Positions 4,917 to 6,001 of a stretch of DNA of 6,001 nucleotides are shown one piece after another; positions within the stretch are counted from its first letter, which is position 1; each line of letters starts with the position of its first letter. The notes beneath the pieces were generated by a model, which was not told where the DNA came from, did no database searches, and saw only the letters and a program-made list of their open reading frames with translations. A program made the translations under genes and the position numbers. This DNA comes from an uncultured Bacilli bacterium. GTDB taxonomy: Bacteria; Bacillota_I; Bacilli_A; RF39; UBA660. The stretch is from contig CANQZN010000066.1 in assembly GCA_947628365.1 (NCBI GenBank), forward strand, positions 1-6,001, in the 5' to 3' direction.

Positions 4917-4934
4917 CATAAAGAAACTTGATTT

Positions 4935-5354
4935 CTAACGTTTACTAAATTGTGGAGCACGACGTGCTTTCTTCAAACCATATTTCTTACGTTCTTTAAC
5001 TCTTGGATCTCTTGTAATTAATCCTTCAGCTTTTAAAATATGTCTATAACTATCTTCTCTAGTTTGATCAGTATTAGCATCAAATTTTAATAATGCTCTA
5101 GCAATAGCTAATCTAATAGCACCAGCTTGACCATTATATCCACCACCATTAACTTTAACTTCGATATCAAATCTATTTTCATTATCAGTAGCTACTAATG
5201 GTTGTTTTAAATCCATAACTAATGTTGCAGATGGCATATATTCATCAACATTAACACCATTAACAACGATATTGCCTGTACCACCAACAAGTTTAACTTG
5301 TGCAACTGCTTGTTTTCTTCTTCCTGTTGCAGACCAAATTTGTTTATTTGCCAT
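4935..5354 (-). CDS. rpsI: 30S ribosomal protein S9
   Basis: 139-aa ORF containing [29 protein letters not shown] and the C-terminal [12 protein letters not shown] typical of S9. AGGAGG lies just upstream, and the gene follows rplM as in the conserved operon. Confidence 0.95.
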   Translation of the reverse strand: MANKQIWSATGRRKQAVAQVKLVGGTGNIVVNGVNVDEYMPSATLVMDLKQPLVATDNENRFDIEVKVNGGGYNGQAGAIRLAIARALLKFDANTDQTREDSYRHILKAEGLITRDPRVKERKKYGLKKARRAPQFSKR

Positions 5355-5362
5355 ATATCCTC

Positions 5363-5794
5363 CTAATCAATTTCTATAGCTACAGGTTTTTGAGCTTCAT
5401 GTTTATGATTTTCATCTTTATAAACAAATAACTTTTTACCCATTGCTCTTCCTAAACTATTATGTGGCATCATACCTTTAACTGCTCTTTCAAGCATTTC
5501 TTCAGGATAACTTTCAATCATAACTTTAGCAGTTCTCTCTCTAAGTCCTCCTGGATAACCTGAGTGATTATAATACTTTTTATCAGTTAATTTTTTACCA
5601 CTTAATGTTACTTTAGAAGCGTTAATAATAATTACATAATCGCCACAATCAACATAAGGTGTATAAGTTGGTTTATGTTTTCCTCTTAATATATTAGCGG
5701 CTTTTGTTGCAACTCTTCCTAATGGTTTACCAGCTGCATCAATAACATACCAATTTCTTTCAACTGTTTCTTTTTTTTGCATAAATGATTTCAT
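5363..5794 (-). CDS. rplM: 50S ribosomal protein L13
   Basis: 143-aa ORF containing [48 protein letters not shown] and [10 protein letters not shown], classic L13 blocks. GGAAGGAAA is 8 nt upstream of the ATG. Confidence 0.95.
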   Translation of the reverse strand: MKSFMQKKETVERNWYVIDAAGKPLGRVATKAANILRGKHKPTYTPYVDCGDYVIIINASKVTLSGKKLTDKKYYNHSGYPGGLRERTAKVMIESYPEEMLERAVKGMMPHNSLGRAMGKKLFVYKDENHKHEAQKPVAIEID

Positions 5795-5882
5795 AAATAT
5801 TTCCTTCCATTATGTTATCCATTAAACTTTCCCACGGCTTAATAAACTCCATAAATAAAATGTACCATATTAAATTATATTT

Positions 5883-5920
5883 AAAAAGTACGATTCTGTC
5901 AATCAAAATCGTACTTTTTT
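5883..5920 (-). terminator. Intrinsic (sequence-symmetric) terminator upstream of rplM, ending the preceding minus-strand gene
   Basis: GTACGATT (5888-5895) pairs with AATCGTAC (5907-5914) around an 11-nt loop. The stem is extended by flanking A and T runs, and a T-run follows on both strands. Confidence 0.6.
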
Positions 5921-6001
5921 ATTTATTTTCTGACTTGGACAAGTAAAAGCAATTTTTATAAATGGAGTTGCATTTACTTTTCCAAAATAAGTTGCATTAA
6001 G
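5903..6001 (-). CDS. Possible 3' end of an unidentified upstream CDS (partial)
   Basis: This is the only frame open to the right window edge: ..LNATYFGKVNATPFIKIAFTCPSQKINKKVRF*. The TGA at 5905-5903 lies in the terminator loop. No recognisable motif, so the product is unknown. Confidence 0.3.
   Translation of the reverse strand, partial: LNATYFGKVNATPFIKIAFTCPSQKINKKVRF

Noticed and set aside
5795-5882. L13 ribosomal leader / promoter upstream of rplM
   Set aside because: An autoregulatory L13 leader is known in Bacillota. I could not fold a convincing hairpin here or recall the consensus well enough. Candidate -35/-10 pairs are weak, so I make no feature call.
1-6001. CRISPR arrays, tRNA or rRNA genes, and alternative genetic code (UGA=Trp)
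   Set aside because: There are no regularly spaced repeats, no tRNA-like T-arm or acceptor patterns in the intergenic regions, and no rRNA-like sequence. All called ORFs use TGG for Trp and contain no in-frame TGA, so code 11 is sufficient. Reading the right-edge ORF through its TGA would carry it across a terminator.

Overview
Very A+T-rich bacterial DNA, resembling low-GC Bacillota or Fusobacteria. The standard genetic code fits and every supported gene is on the minus strand. In transcription order (right to left): (1) the tail of an unidentified ORF plus an intrinsic terminator. (2) The core ribosomal operon rplM (L13)-rpsI (S9) with its own terminator. (3) A promoter / structured ~150-nt RNA / intrinsic terminator unit, either a riboswitch-like leader or a stand-alone sRNA, of no class I recognise. 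(4) A small HAD-superfamily phosphatase translationally coupled to a family-6 UDG (hypoxanthine/deoxyinosine DNA glycosylase). (5) A ~3.2-kb two-gene cassette with its own near-consensus promoter. Its first gene is a 613-aa AAA_5 (MoxR/McrB-clade) P-loop ATPase with a ~285-aa non-ATPase N-terminal module. Its second gene is a 410-aa fusion of an HExxH metallopeptidase domain and a MIDAS-bearing vWA domain (DUF2201 type). The two genes overlap by 14 nt. (6) An orphan, diverged copy of the last ~46 bp of the glycosylase gene, so the cassette is bracketed by an imperfect direct repeat. (7) A decayed IS200/IS605-type TnpB mini-element at the left edge. The ATPase + vWA-metallopeptidase cassette is the best candidate for an uncharacterised conflict or defence system. 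No rRNA, tRNA or CRISPR array was seen. All family assignments come from motif recognition by eye and memory; no searches were run.
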